DNA of 64,000 bases from Rebecca billardiae RCC1528. Its lineage: Eukaryota; Protista; Haptophyta. The number at the start of each line of letters is the position of its first letter. Positions within the stretch are counted from its first letter, which is position 1. Of the stretch, positions 23,253-35,228 are shown one piece after another. The DNA lies in assembly GCA_965240325.2 (NCBI GenBank), contig OZ251237.1, positions 682,001 through 746,000 on the forward strand, written 5' to 3'. The position numbers and the translations under genes are program-made. Under the pieces are notes generated by a model. The model was not told the origin of the DNA. It did no database searches and saw only the letters and a program-made list of their open reading frames with translations.

Positions 23253-24560
23253 CACACCGCGTACGACTCGCCCGTCATATATAAGCTATCGTCCAAGGCG
23301 GACCGCGCCTGCTGGGGTGGTCTATACTTATAAAGGTGCTATTCCACGTATACTATTCGGTGGATCATCAGAGGCGCGGCGATTCCGCCGATTGCAGTGT
23401 CAAGATGTAGTATTAACGCTCCAGTGACCGGACTTATAGGGGGTCAACCGAAGCTGGATCCGCAGATGTATCGTATCGGTAGTCATACGAATACTCGTCA
23501 CTGGATGGAACCGTAATCACTCACCACTGGACTTAGTGGGGTCAGAGCTCCGACCGTTACACTCCCGGGTGCCACTACAATCTCCCGAAATCTCTTAACA
23601 TGAACTATCACACGGGTGTATACTTGGAAGAACTATAGTTAGTAGGCGTTAAGGCTTCGTTCCAGGGTGATGTATAGAATCCGCCTGCGCCAAAGTTCAG
23701 ACTGTCAAAATGTGATCTAGCCGGTGCGATTCTGGTGCAAATCGCGAGATCACCTTGGAGATCGTGTATCTCCCCTACTAACGTTGCCGAGATCGCGTCG
23801 AGATTGAGGTCGTAGTTATATCCGTAGCTAGTCGGAGTCCAATAGTTATACTATGTCGTCACACATTTTTTCGCAAAACTTGTCAGCGTGACTGCCCAGG
23901 CTGCAGGCAGTCATAGCAGTATTCGTCAGGTCTGCGTTTTTCGAATTCAGACTTGACATCCCGAAGTTCACTAAGTTTGACGAGAGCCTCATCTCAGCAT
24001 CGATTGACGACAGAAATAAGTTGGATTTTGGGCCATCACACACGCACCCCACAGTGCGGGGCTCTAGTGACCCCTCGCCCTCGGGCTAAGACCTCAAGTC
24101 TCACCACGCGGCCGACCGGACAGTCCGGACACAGTTATATATATAAATTATTAACGTCAACGACTCAGATTACCCATTTACCCGGCGAGTGAGTCAGTAC
24201 GTACTACGTAGTATAACGCCATTATTTTATAATCAGCAAACCGCGGCGCACGTCCGGTCCGGATTTGTGGCGCGGAGAGCCGGAGACGACCTCGGCGGCG
24301 GCGGCACCATGAGCGGATGGCACGCGGGCTCACGGCCCCATGCAGTGGACCCCATGCAGTGGCGTCACGGTCCGAGGCCGGCTGCGCGGCCGGTCGCCTG
24401 AGGTCTACCGTCGGGCTGCGGCAGCCAAGCCGCTGCCGAGCCGAGGCTTCGCCACTACCGGCGACGCGCGCTGCCATTAATAGGATGACGGTGATGTTGT
24501 AGTTGTTGAACTCTGACTCCGCCCTTGACATGAACGTTCACGTTGCGCCTTATTCTTGAG

Positions 24561-26180
24561 TCACAGGAGCACGACCGTCTCTGCTCGTGGAAGCGCCGCT
24601 CGTTCGCGTTGGCGGCGGAGGCGTGTAGCCGCCAGTGCACCAAGAAGCAGGAAGGCGGCAGCCACGCTCACGACGAGGCACACCGCAGGCGCCGCCACAG
24701 CCGTATATCTGTGCGACTCGCCCAACCGCGCGCCCTCGGCGACCAGCGCGCCACCGTGCGCCTCGCGGATCGCCTTGATCACCTCCCGCGTCTCGTAGAT
24801 GTTGTACTCTCCGCTCGGCGTGCGCACGTTCACCTGCTCAGCCGTGCACGGGAAGCAGTAGTGCGTGTCGAGCGCGTGTGCGAAGGCGGGCGCGCCGAAG
24901 CCCGCGCTGCCGGGCTTCTGCCGCGCCAAGTTGCGCGCGCAGTCGCGCGGGGTCCACATGTTCAACCGGATGCCGGTCTGGAAGGAGCCGCACGCGTAGC
25001 CGGCATACAATAAGCCGCGGCCGAGGCCCGGCGGCGAGGGAGGCGCCGACGGCGCCGCAGGCGGGAGCAGGGGCGGCGGTGCGGGCGGCGGCGGGAGCGA
25101 CGGGCTGCTCGGCGGTGGCGCGGGCGGGCGTGACGGCGGCGAGAGCGGCGGCGACGGCGCGTGTGTGATGTAGATGTCAAAGGCTGTGTCTCTGTGTCGC
25201 GCGTTCACCTCCGCCTGCGTGCACGCGAAGCACGTCTGCTGCAGCGGCGAGAGGCTGAAGTAGGGCGTGTCCAGCGTCGTCGCGACGAGGCGCTGGCACT
25301 CGAATGGCGAGACGATTTTGATCTGCACCGGCTTGCCGCACGCGTACCCCACGTAAGCCGCGTTCAGCGCCATGGGAGGCATGGGCGGCGGCGCGTCTGG
25401 CGGCGCTGGGGACGGCGGCGGCGGTGCCGGCGGCGAGGCAGCTGCGGGTGTGCGGGCAGGGCGAGGCGCACGCGAGGCGGCGGAGAGGGGGCGGAGGGCC
25501 GCGCGGCGGTGGAGATAGGGCGGGGGGTCGGAGGTCAGCAGTGGCGGCACGGAGCCGAGCTCTCGAGCAGCTGCTGCGCGTGTGCGGCGCTCGGGGTGGG
25601 GTGATGCGCGGCGGCACTCACGTGGCGGCGAGCCCTCCACATAGCCGTACTCGGCACCGCCCCACGCCTGGCGCACGTGCGTGAGGAGTGTGGCGAAGTG
25701 ACGGCGCGAGGAGGACTCGTCCATGCCGCACAACCCGTGCAGATCGAGGAGCTCCGCCGGCACGGGCGTCTTGAATTTGCCGCACTTCTGCAGGTGGCGG
25801 CCAAAGGCGTGGAACGAGTCTGTGCAGTGCCCTGAGCTGCAGACGGCCGACCGGAGAGCGCCTGGGAGGGCGGTGCCATCGCCGCTATCGACGATGGGCC
25901 AGGTGGGGCGCGCGCAGTCCGAGCACAGCAGCTCCATCGCCATACCACCGAGCTCGTTGGCCGAGCACTCCAGCTCGGAGGCGACCATCGCGCGCAGCAC
26001 GTCGTAAAAGTTGCGGCACCGCGGGTGGCACAAGCCCTCGATCGAGGTGGGCTGCGACGAGTCAGTCGGGGCGTGGCCGGACGGATGCTCGAAGGGGGAG
26101 AGGCATCCGCTGGGCTCGTCGCCGGCGCGGGCCATCGCCGCCAGCAGTAAGACGGCGAGGTGCCGCCATCCGCCACCCAT
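24561..26180 (-). CDS. Type I membrane / secreted Pro- and Cys-rich protein; intron 25442-25621
   Basis: Signal peptide (MGGGWRHLAVLLLAAMARAG), Cys-rich domain, SPPP linkers, two YxGYACG...CFxCT.xVNxR...IY modules, C-terminal TM helix. GTGAGT...GCAG intron. Confidence 0.75.
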   Translation of the reverse strand: MGGGWRHLAVLLLAAMARAGDEPSGCLSPFEHPSGHAPTDSSQPTSIEGLCHPRCRNFYDVLRAMVASELECSANELGGMAMELLCSDCARPTWPIVDSGDGTALPGALRSAVCSSGHCTDSFHAFGRHLQKCGKFKTPVPAELLDLHGLCGMDESSSRRHFATLLTHVRQAWGGAEYGYVEGSPPRECRRASPHPERRTRAAAARELGSVPPLLTSDPPPYLHRRAALRPLSAASRAPRPARTPAAASPPAPPPPSPAPPDAPPPMPPMALNAAYVGYACGKPVQIKIVSPFECQRLVATTLDTPYFSLSPLQQTCFACTQAEVNARHRDTAFDIYITHAPSPPLSPPSRPPAPPPSSPSLPPPPAPPPLLPPAAPSAPPSPPGLGRGLLYAGYACGSFQTGIRLNMWTPRDCARNLARQKPGSAGFGAPAFAHALDTHYCFPCTAEQVNVRTPSGEYNIYETREVIKAIREAHGGALVAEGARLGESHRYTAVAAPAVCLVVSVAAAFLLLGALAATRLRRQRERAALPRAETVVLL

Positions 26181-26462
26181 CGCTCGCCGCCCCGGGATCG
26201 GCTTCAAACTTGCTTGAGTACTTCACCGCAACCTTGGACTGTCAGCAGGTAGCTTACGACGACTGACTGTCGAGTGACCATGGCTGAACCGTGTCTCAGA
26301 GAACGACCAGTAGCTACTGGGAGTGCATGAAACTGCGCTGACTGGCACACCGTTGATCGTGCAGACTCGTGCTGACTGCTGAGCCGTGAGCGCGCATCAG
26401 AAATACAGTATGCCAGGCCGAGGGGTACTCGTAACATGCAGCAACATGAACAGTTAACTCGA

Positions 26463-28616
26463 TCACAGCCGCTGCACAACCTCTGTGCGCGAGGGCGGCG
26501 GGCCCTGCTGATCGTTGGGACCGGAGCCATCCGCGTGATCCACGCCGCGCGTGTCGGCGTCGGCGGTGGTTGCAGCGTCGGGCGGTCGACGCAACGGTTT
26601 GGGTGCCGGCCTGCCAGTGCCACCGCGCGCTGGCTGGCCTGCGGCGGCGCGGCTGCCCGCCGGGCGTGCCGCCGCCGCCCTCGTGCTCGTCGCGACAGGC
26701 TGCCCGCCCTCGCCGCCGACGGTATCTCGCGCCGGCAGCACGGCTAGCAGCCTGTCCCCCCACTGCAGCACGTGGTCGTCCAGGTTGTGCGACTCCTGCG
26801 CCGCCTCGACCGCCGGGCCGACGCCCGCCTCAGCCGCGGCCCGCCGCCGCGCCTCCACGCCGCTGCCGCCGTCCCGACAGACCATACGCAAGGCCCCCAT
26901 CGCCTCGAGCTGCACGCCCACGTCGTCCCAGTGCATGCCCATCGCGCGCACGGCCACCTTGAAGAAGCCGCACTCGACGGCCGCCTGCCTGCGCGCCGGG
27001 CCGCCGTCGTCGCTGCCCGCGCACACGCCGGTGATCGCGTAGCAAGCGTGCATCTGCAGCCGCGCGTCTGCAGGGTGGTTGCGCATGGCCCGGCAGATGC
27101 CAAGCAGCGCGCCTCCGTCGGCCGCGTCCTGCCTGCGCGCTGTGGCCGAGGCGTCCGAGCCGACGATGAGGGTGGCGAGGGCCTGGCACGCCAGCTCGAG
27201 CATCCGGCCGTCGACGCCGCCCGCGCCGCCGCTAATCGCCTGCACAATCTCCTGCAGCGCGCCGGCGTCGGCAGCTGCCTTCTTCCGCGCGCCCGCCGCC
27301 GCGTCGGAGCCGACGCAGATGGCGGTGATGGCCATGAAGGCGTGCTCCAGGATCGGCGGCTCGGAGTGGTGCGTCTCCATCACGCGCGAGAGCGCGGCGA
27401 GCGCGCCGCACTCCACGGCGTCGTGCTGCCGCGTCGGGTCGCCGCCGTGCGTCATGTGCGCGATCGCGAGGCAGGCGGTCTCGACTACGTGTGCGTTGCG
27501 CGTGAACGAGCGAATGGCGCGCACCGTCGCGCTGAGGCCGCCGGTGGCGACGGCCGAGCGCGCGAGGGTGTGCGCGGTCGCGTCCTTGCCGGCGCACAGC
27601 TCGGCGAGGAGCAGGCACGCGCGCCTCTGGATCGCCGCCTTGGCTGCGTGCTGCCCCATGGCCTGCGCGACGGCCGGCAGCGCGCCCGCGGCAGCTGCCG
27701 CGCCACGCTCGACAACGCCGCCGTGCGTGACGCGACGGGTCGCCTCTCGCAGGCCGCGCTTCGCGACGTCCGCCTCGTTGGAAGTCACTACAACCAGGAG
27801 GCGCGCCCAGTCGAACATACGCAGCTCGGCTTCGGTGAGGCTGCCAACGAGCGCCTTGCTGCCGCGTCGCTCCGCAGCGCGCGGTGCCGCGGGGCCAGGA
27901 GGCGGCGGCTTGGCCGGAGACGGCACAAAATCCGGTGACGGGGCGAGCGGAAGCTCGCGCGCCGCGGGCCCGCCGAAGGTGCACTCGACCCATGGGATCG
28001 CCTGCTTCGAGCCGTCGCCCCCGCTCGCCGCCGCCGCGTCCTGCAGCTGCAACCCCACTTCGGCGAACAGCTCACGCGCCGGCATCACATCTCCGTGCGC
28101 GAGATGGTCGAGCAGCGCCGGCACGTAGCGCAGGCGAGCGTCCCGCTGCGACGCCGAGGGCTGCGCGCCGGGCGCGGTGGCGTAGGCGATGATCGAGCCG
28201 CCGTCGCCGGGCGCAGCCGGCGGCTCGATCCGTCGCAGGCCAGCCGCGCCGCCCGCCGGCGCGAGCGCGTCGATGACGAGCACATTGAGGCCGCGGCCGC
28301 GCTGGGCCAGACTGTGCACCAGGTCCTCGACTCGGATGGCGTGGCGTTTCACATCAGCACTGCCGTCGCAGTCGCTCGGGAGCAAGTAGTTGCCCCCATC
28401 CACGTGCGCCGCGGCGCCAGCGAAGAAGAAAAACGCGACAGCCGCTTTGGCAAGTCGCCGGCTGAACGCGTCAGTCGCCGCGCGCAGCTCGTCGTACGTG
28501 CAGTCGCACGCGAGTATGACGCGGAAGCCAAGCTCGCCCAGAGCGGTAGCGACTTTCTCCGCGTCGTCCGCCTGGGGGCCGCCGATGCCGACGACAAGCG
28601 CCTCGAGCTCGTCCAT
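26463..28616 (-). CDS. Caspase-fold (peptidase C14, paracaspase/orthocaspase-like) pseudo-protease fused to armadillo repeats
   Basis: ALVVGI, DAEKVATALGELGFRV, FFFFAGAA, GGNYLLPSD, VLVIDAL, IIAYATAPG and IPW, followed by ~6 ARM-like repeats (GALxAxxxAMxxH...Q..AC). Confidence 0.8.
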   Translation of the reverse strand: MDELEALVVGIGGPQADDAEKVATALGELGFRVILACDCTYDELRAATDAFSRRLAKAAVAFFFFAGAAAHVDGGNYLLPSDCDGSADVKRHAIRVEDLVHSLAQRGRGLNVLVIDALAPAGGAAGLRRIEPPAAPGDGGSIIAYATAPGAQPSASQRDARLRYVPALLDHLAHGDVMPARELFAEVGLQLQDAAAASGGDGSKQAIPWVECTFGGPAARELPLAPSPDFVPSPAKPPPPGPAAPRAAERRGSKALVGSLTEAELRMFDWARLLVVVTSNEADVAKRGLREATRRVTHGGVVERGAAAAAGALPAVAQAMGQHAAKAAIQRRACLLLAELCAGKDATAHTLARSAVATGGLSATVRAIRSFTRNAHVVETACLAIAHMTHGGDPTRQHDAVECGALAALSRVMETHHSEPPILEHAFMAITAICVGSDAAAGARKKAAADAGALQEIVQAISGGAGGVDGRMLELACQALATLIVGSDASATARRQDAADGGALLGICRAMRNHPADARLQMHACYAITGVCAGSDDGGPARRQAAVECGFFKVAVRAMGMHWDDVGVQLEAMGALRMVCRDGGSGVEARRRAAAEAGVGPAVEAAQESHNLDDHVLQWGDRLLAVLPARDTVGGEGGQPVATSTRAAAARPAGSRAAAGQPARGGTGRPAPKPLRRPPDAATTADADTRGVDHADGSGPNDQQGPPPSRTEVVQRL

Positions 28617-28847
28617 GATGCCGCTGTGCCGACGCCCGACGCCGCCGCCCGGCCGCTGCAGTTGACTCTCCTCCTCCAGGCTGCCAAGCCGCAAAATAAT
28701 GGCCCGACGATTTTTCTCTCCTGCGCACGCCTCCTCATTTGTCAGTGCTTCCCATCATTTCCTTCTGACCGAACGAGTCTCGTCATCGTCAGCGAGGACC
28801 ACACAGCAGGGTGGCGCCGACCGACTCGGCTTGCCTCGGCGGTCACG

Positions 28848-29755
28848 ATGCGTCGCGCGATGTTCCACGTCGGTCGGGCGCTGCGGGAGACCGGTCAGGC
28901 GCTGGACCGCCTGGGCCTGCGCGCGCAGAACAACCTGATCTTCCAGGAGAAGAGTGCGTGTGCCATTCAAGCCCGCGCGCTCTGTTTGTCATTTTTGCGC
29001 CACAGTAACGCGCACCCGCCGAGTTGCCTGCTCACTCGCCGCCCCCACCCACCCCGCGCGCGCCGCGCGCAGTCAGCCGGCACCGTGCGGTGATGAGCCT
29101 GTACGAAAAGCGGCCAACGATGGCCTTGGATGTCTTCGTCGCCCCGAGCGCCTCCGTCATTGGCGACGTCATCCTGAATGACGCCGCGTCCGTGTGGTAT
29201 GGCGCCGTGGTGCGCGGGGATATGAACCGGGTGACGATCGGCGGTTACACGAACATCCAAGACCGCGCGGTGGTGCACGCCGCGGACGCGACCCCCACCG
29301 GCTTCAAAGCCAACTGCTCCGTCGGCAGCTGGTGCACGATCGGCCAGGGCGCGGTGCTGCGCGCGTGCACGGTCGAGGACTACGCCGTGATCGGCGCGGG
29401 CTCAGTGCTGCTGGAGGGGTCGCTGGTGGAGACGCGCGCGCTCCTCGAGCCCGGATCGGTGCTGCCCGCGGGTGCGCGTGTGCCCTCTGGCGAGGTATGC
29501 GCGCACGCGCACGCGCCGCGTGCGCGGGCGCACCCGGCGCTGCGTAGGGACCTTTCTCACCAACTCCAAACACTCACACGCCCGCGCGCGGCCGGCGCGC
29601 AGGTCTGGGGTGGCAACCCGATTTCCTTCGTGCGCAAGCTCGATAAAGACGAGATGGCTGACCTCGAGAAGCAGGCCACGGCGTACGCGAAGCTCGCCTC
29701 GGAGCACAAGGAGCAGTTCCTCCCATACGGCACGACTTACCAGCTCCGGGAGTGA
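28848..29755 (+). CDS. Mitochondrial complex I gamma-carbonic anhydrase(-like) subunit; introns 28954-29072 and 29495-29602
   Basis: RETGQALDRLG...SRHR N-terminus, hexapeptide repeats FVAPSASVIGDV, VWYGAVVRGD, TNIQD and VWGGNP. Both introns are GT-AG and restore the frame. Confidence 0.92.
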
Positions 29756-30003
29756 GTGAGGTGCCTCGGTCGAGTGTCGGAACGAGGTCTGAGATCGCAG
29801 GCAGCCGAGCGGCCAGCGCATGGCTACTGCGCGGACCATGATGAATGGAAGGAATTGCTGAGCTGCGGCGTCGACTCGGCACCGGGCAAGGACGCGTGAC
29901 AGGACGGGTTCGCCGCGGCAAGTACGTGCAGCGCCGCAGGCTGTCCAGGCTGTGAGTGCCAGAGGCAGAGGGCCTCTCACGGAGTCTCACAAGACACAAA
30001 GTC

Positions 30004-32074
30004 GTTGACGCAGACAACGTCAACGTCACTGAGGACAGAGGAGTGAGGAGGGACACGTCACACCGCTTCAATTCGCATCACGTGACACGGCTCATCATGC
30101 AGGCTTCACTATGACTAAGCTACGGACACTCACGGGTCCCGAGTGGCGAGTGAGTCCCGCGACACCACCGGACATAACGGACAGGTTGCACGGGAAACTG
30201 ACCTTGGTGTTACATTTCGGCCCTTTGGAGCATGGCTGCATGGCTGCCCGCCCATGGTGCCCACGGGGTTGCGGCCGTTGCTGCCGCGCCATGTACGACT
30301 CAATGAGTCTTGCGCACGGTTTAGGCCATGACTACTGACGCACATGTAGCAGACCGAGCCCTCCTCCCAAGCTCGCCAAGGGCCCGACCGCGTCATTTGA
30401 AGAGCAGCCGCCACGAGCGTCATCCGCTCGACTCGGTCGGCACCATGCGTGCGAGAGGTTGCGACGGCGCGCAACTCCTCGTCATCATCAGGAGTCAGCC
30501 AGCGAGCACCCTGCGGCCGCGCCTCGGCGACCTAGCACACGCAAGGCAGACTCGACCTTGGGCGAGCCTCGGCGACCTCCGCCTCGAGCTGGATGCCACG
30601 CGTAGCAGCCTGAGTCGACGTCGTGGAAAGGCACGCGCACGCATAGCAGAGCATCAGACAGTGCGCCGCATCTGCCTGCCGGAGTGTACCGTACCATCAC
30701 CGCGCCCGCGCGACCGGGTTGAAGAAGAAGTCGTCAACGACGAGCGAGCCGGCGTCCAGCGGAACGGGCGGTGCAGCCGGCGCCGCGCTGTGCGAACAGG
30801 GTGGAAGCCGACCGCTGCCGCGCGCGACGTGAGCGAGCTGGCGGGTGCACGCCAGTCAGCTGCAGATGATGCGGCGAAGAGGCGCGCTACCACCTACTCC
30901 ACCTCGCGCGACTTAGTCTTGCTGACGTGATCACACACGCGCGCGATCAACGACATACTCAAAGTCGAGCGACTGAGTGCTGTCTCGAAAGGTGCCTTCC
31001 CCCTCGCTCAGGGCGTGCCTGTCGGCGTGGTCGAGCGCCTCTCGTCGCCTCGGCCTGCTGAGCGTCAGCGAGGCGCTTGTCAAGGATCGCCTGCTTGCTG
31101 CGTCACAGCGCGCGAGCGCGCCACGCGCACGACCAAATGTGTGCGCTTCCGATACTTCTTGCCGGCGGCAAAGGCAGACTGCCCAGAGTTCGCCTGCTTG
31201 TCTGAGGACCCCGCGCCAGACGCCTGCACGGCCGGAGCAGCGGCCCGAGCTGCAACAGCAGAGGCCGCGCGCGCCGTAGCAAGCTTCACCCTCGCGCGCT
31301 GGACGCGTTTGGCGAGCATCTTCTTCTGCTTCCTTAGCGCGCTACGGTTGCCCGCCTTCTTCTACGAAGGCCTCGTGAGGCGAGCTTCACAAGCACTCGC
31401 GTGTGTGGTCCGAGCCACCTGAGCGCGTGCGCACGGTTGCGCGCTCGTGCGTACGGTATGAGCAGCGCAGCAGGAGACCAGCACACGTTCGTGCAAGGGT
31501 GCACGCGCATACCGCAACCGGTGCATCTTGATCGTTCGCGACGGCAGCCTCATTGAAGGCTCTATCTACCACCTGTATCCAGGTCACCTTGTGCTTCTTC
31601 CCGATGCGCTTCGGCTTCGCGCCACTGCCGACGCGGGAGTGAGAGGAACTGGGCACCAGACTGTGGTACCGATTGCGGGCGAACGGGGAGGCGGGCCCTG
31701 GCCGCGAAGGTCGGAAACGGACGACCTTCGTGTGCTCCTCCGTTTCCAAGCACTCGCGCCACGCGCCGGCCGCCATGGGACGGGCGCGATGTACCGAAAG
31801 ACGGGTGGACAGGTCGCGTCCACTGTGAATGTAACATCTGTCAGTCGCGGGCGGTCATTTTTGCGTGCAACCTGTCAACGCCGTCACGCGTCCCGGGTTG
31901 ACGCGGACAACGTCAACGTCACTGAGGACAGAGGAGTGAGGAGGGACACGTCACACCGCTTCAATTCGCATCACGTGACACGGCTCATCATGCAGGCTTC
32001 ACTAAGCTACGGACACACGGGTCCCGAGTGGCGAGTGAGTCCCGCGACACTCACTCACTCGCCGTCACGCGTCC
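30004..32074. repeat. ~160-190-bp tandem duplication (30004-30165 and 31897-32050) separated by a TIR element
   Basis: gttgacgc(a/g)gacaacgtcaacg...cccgcgacac is present twice in direct orientation with small indels. Confidence 0.85.
30180..31876. mobile_element. Non-autonomous TIR element (GACAGGTTGCACG family), 1697 bp
   Basis: TIR GACAGGTTGCACG / CGTGCAACCTGTC; 4-bp TSD AACG at 30176-30179 and 31877-31880. Confidence 0.8.
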
Positions 32075-33349
32075 GAAGCTGAGACGACCGGCCAGTGCCG
32101 GATCCAGTGATTAACAGATAGACTGACTAGTAATAACTAGAGCCAGTGATGATATACTGAACTCGGCGGTAGTTATTAGCGCAGTGTTAACGGACGCCCG
32201 GCCTACTATAGTGATTCCGCGCGGTACTTATAAGCAGCAGGCACTTAATTATTAAAGCTCGACCGGCCACTCAACTCCGAGCCACACTCACAGTCACAGT
32301 CTGCACAGACACAGGGTCCAGGCACCGACCTGTCCGTGACCGACGGCGACAGACCATGGCGGACATAGACGTCACGCCTCACGGACGCGCGACGCGGCTG
32401 CGCGACACAGCCACAGGTCTGACTTCTCGTCCGACTTCCGACTGTCATCACTGCCGGTGTGACTACATCAACATGCTACTCGTAGAACTATTGCCCGCCG
32501 CCGCAGAGTGACTCAGAGTCCGTGTGACACGGACAACACGGTCCGCCGCCCCACCGCGCCCGGTCACCACTCACCAGCAGTGCGGTCCGGTGCCCACGTT
32601 CAGCCCAGGCTCAGTGAGCCCAGGCCCGCGCCGTGGGGGCGGTCGTGCCGCGTGGGGCCCGTCGGGCCGTGGGGCAGCATGAGTACTTTATTTGCGTAAC
32701 ATGGCCCGTCGTTAATAACTATTAACTTATTCGGCGGAGCGCGGTGCCGCCTGTCACTGTCGCAGCGGCACTACTGTCTACTCGGTACTGACTCGGCCTA
32801 GCTACTCCGCGCCACTGGCAGACTACTACTACTGGCTACAGCGGGCTAGTCTTATTAGGCTCAGGCAGGACGGTCCGCGAGTACGGGGGCTTCGTGAGTC
32901 AATGACAATAAATAAGTGAGGCTGTGAGGCTGAGGCTCCGCACACGCGGCCCGCGCACGGGCTGAACGCCGCGGCCGGCGCGTTCCGAGAATCCGAGAGT
33001 GCCACTGCGGAGTGGCCCAGTGGGCCACTGCCAGCCAGCGTATAAGCCGCCATGTTATTTAGACGGGCCAGTAAGCGGCTCAGACAGTCACTACGTAGCG
33101 TACTCACTATTCTGCGGCATAGTCTACTAGTACTACTACTTATCGATCTACTAGGTAAGGCGCCTGCTAACAGTTCAACTTCTTACGAATGGCAGCGCGC
33201 GTACGTACGCGCGCTGCTGCCAGTCACTGCTGCCAGTGCGGCCCCCGGCGGTCCATCCAATTCTGTCTGGCGCGCCTGGCTCAGCCTCATGGCGTCGCCG
33301 CCCGTCGCGGGTTCACGTGCGCGGTCCGGTATAAATGTGACATCTGCTG

Positions 33350-34254
33350 CTAATTCTGGCGACGTCCCCGCCGCTGCTGCTGGCCGGGCTGCTCGACGCC
33401 CGTCTCCATGCAGAAGGTGTCGTACATTTTCGACCATTCCTCGAAGAAGGGCTGGCCCCAGAACGGCTTGCGGTGGAAGCGGCCCGGTCGCTTGTCGGCT
33501 GGGTTCTGCCAGCGGCTCTTGAGCAGCGGAAGGCGCTTCGCCTGCGACGCGGGCGCAGTGTGCGCCAGGGGTGCGACGGGTGTGAGCGCAGCGCGAGAGC
33601 GTGCACCGACGCGCTGGCGACCACCGCGCAGGCGCGCACCTCGAGGAACTGCCGGCGCAGCTTGATCAGCCCGTGGTCGGCCACCTGCACGACGTCGCCG
33701 TACGAGAGAATGTGCGAGGCCGACTTGGCCGGGCGGCCGTTGACGAGGATGAAGCCGTGGTGGATGCAGTGGCGCGCGGCGGGGAGACTAGGGACGAAGA
33801 GCACACGGCGCAAGAAGATGTCCAGTCGCGACTCGAGCTGGAAGTACATCGACTGCGCAAAGCCGTGGCCGGAGCGCACCGCTTTCCGCACCATCCGGTG
33901 CAAGCGCGACGTGCTGAGGTTGTAGTAGAAGCCCTTCACGACCTGCTTGATCCAGATGACGCGCTTACTCATGCCACGCCGCCCACGAACGCGCCTCCGC
34001 CCAAAGCGATCCACGCGCTTAACGACCACCTCGCCACCGACGGGCGACCCCGGCACCCATGGCAAGGGCGAGCCTCGCCGCGCGTCGCGCATGGCTCGCA
34101 AGACACCGGCCTCGCGCGGGAGCAGGGGCACCTGGCTGAGCGAGCGAGCGGCCAGGCCGTACGATACGCCCGGAGCCACCGGCTGAGGCGGCCGAGCGGC
34201 GAGGAGACCGCGCGACCACGTGACGGCGCAGCCACGTGCGAGCCGCGACAGCAT
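33350..34254 (-). CDS. rps4: Nucleus-encoded organellar (probably mitochondrial) ribosomal protein uS4-like; intron 33542-33639
   Basis: S4 motif QLESRLDIFLRRVLFVPSLPAARHCIHHGFILVNGR...SHILSYGDVV. Arg/Ser/Leu-rich presequence MLSRLARG. The spliced frame ends at TAG 33350-33352. Confidence 0.72.
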
Positions 34255-35228
34255 GGCTGATGCGCGCGGCGACGCAGTCGATCATCAACACCGGACGGGG
34301 CTTTGCATTTATTTGCCGCCATTTTCCCTCGTCCTCATTTTTCTGATTTGATGCCACCAAGCACGGTGCGCTCATGCTACTCCAGCTACTGCCTGCTACT
34401 GGTTCGCCGAGCGGGCCGCGGTGCTCTGCCACCAAGCAGTGTCGTTGACTGTCAGCAAGGGCCCTTGCTGTCAGTGTCACCAACGCCGACGTGTCGACGA
34501 TCGGGCACTGCCGCCGATAAATCAGGAGACCTGCGCCGTCATACCTGTGTCGTCGTCTTCATCAAACAAATCATCATCGACTCATAGAAATTAGAATCGG
34601 TCCGCGGTGGTGCCGCGGGCCTCGGCGGTGCCACGAGCCCACGACTCCGGGGCACTCGGCCTATGGCACTACTGAGTACTGGCTACTGATGACTGCTGTG
34701 CAATTAGCTGGTATAAGCAGTCTGTTCACGGACACCAACCCGTGCATCCGAATACAAGTCACGGTGTGCATCTGAGACTGAATACGAGTCACGGGTTGGT
34801 GTGCATCCGTGTGCATCCGAATGGACGGCTGACGCCGGGACCACCGTGTCCGTGAACAGACTGCTTATACCTCGTACGGTGCCACGGCTCCGGGACCGGG
34901 GGCCGGCGCGCGCGCCCGTACCGGCCCCGGGCACTGCCCGAGCTCACAGCTGCCAGCGGCTGGGCCCGCCAGCTGGCCGGCTGGGCGGCTGGCGACGAGG
35001 ACGGCAGTCAGGCAGTGCGCCGCCGGGCCTGAGTAGACAGAATGCCGGGCCGCTGTCAGTAGCTGTCAGCGGTATACGCATATGCGTTAGATCCGGTGAG
35101 CACGCCCTCCGATGGCGGAGAGGCTGTGCAAGGCGGCCTGTGCAAGACCTAGGGACGGTCTTGCACAGGCCGTCAGCCGCCGAGTATTCAGTAGACACTG
35201 TTGACGATGGAACCGCTTATGCTGGCAC

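Noticed and set aside
23253-24180. AT-richer block as RNA gene or organellar insertion
   Set aside because: No tRNA or rRNA signature or convincing termini recognised by eye; left unannotated.
30004-32050. LTR/TRIM retroelement defined by the 160-bp direct repeats
   Set aside because: No TG...CA ends, PBS or PPT seen. Better explained as a tandem duplication split by a TIR element that has its own 4-bp TSD.
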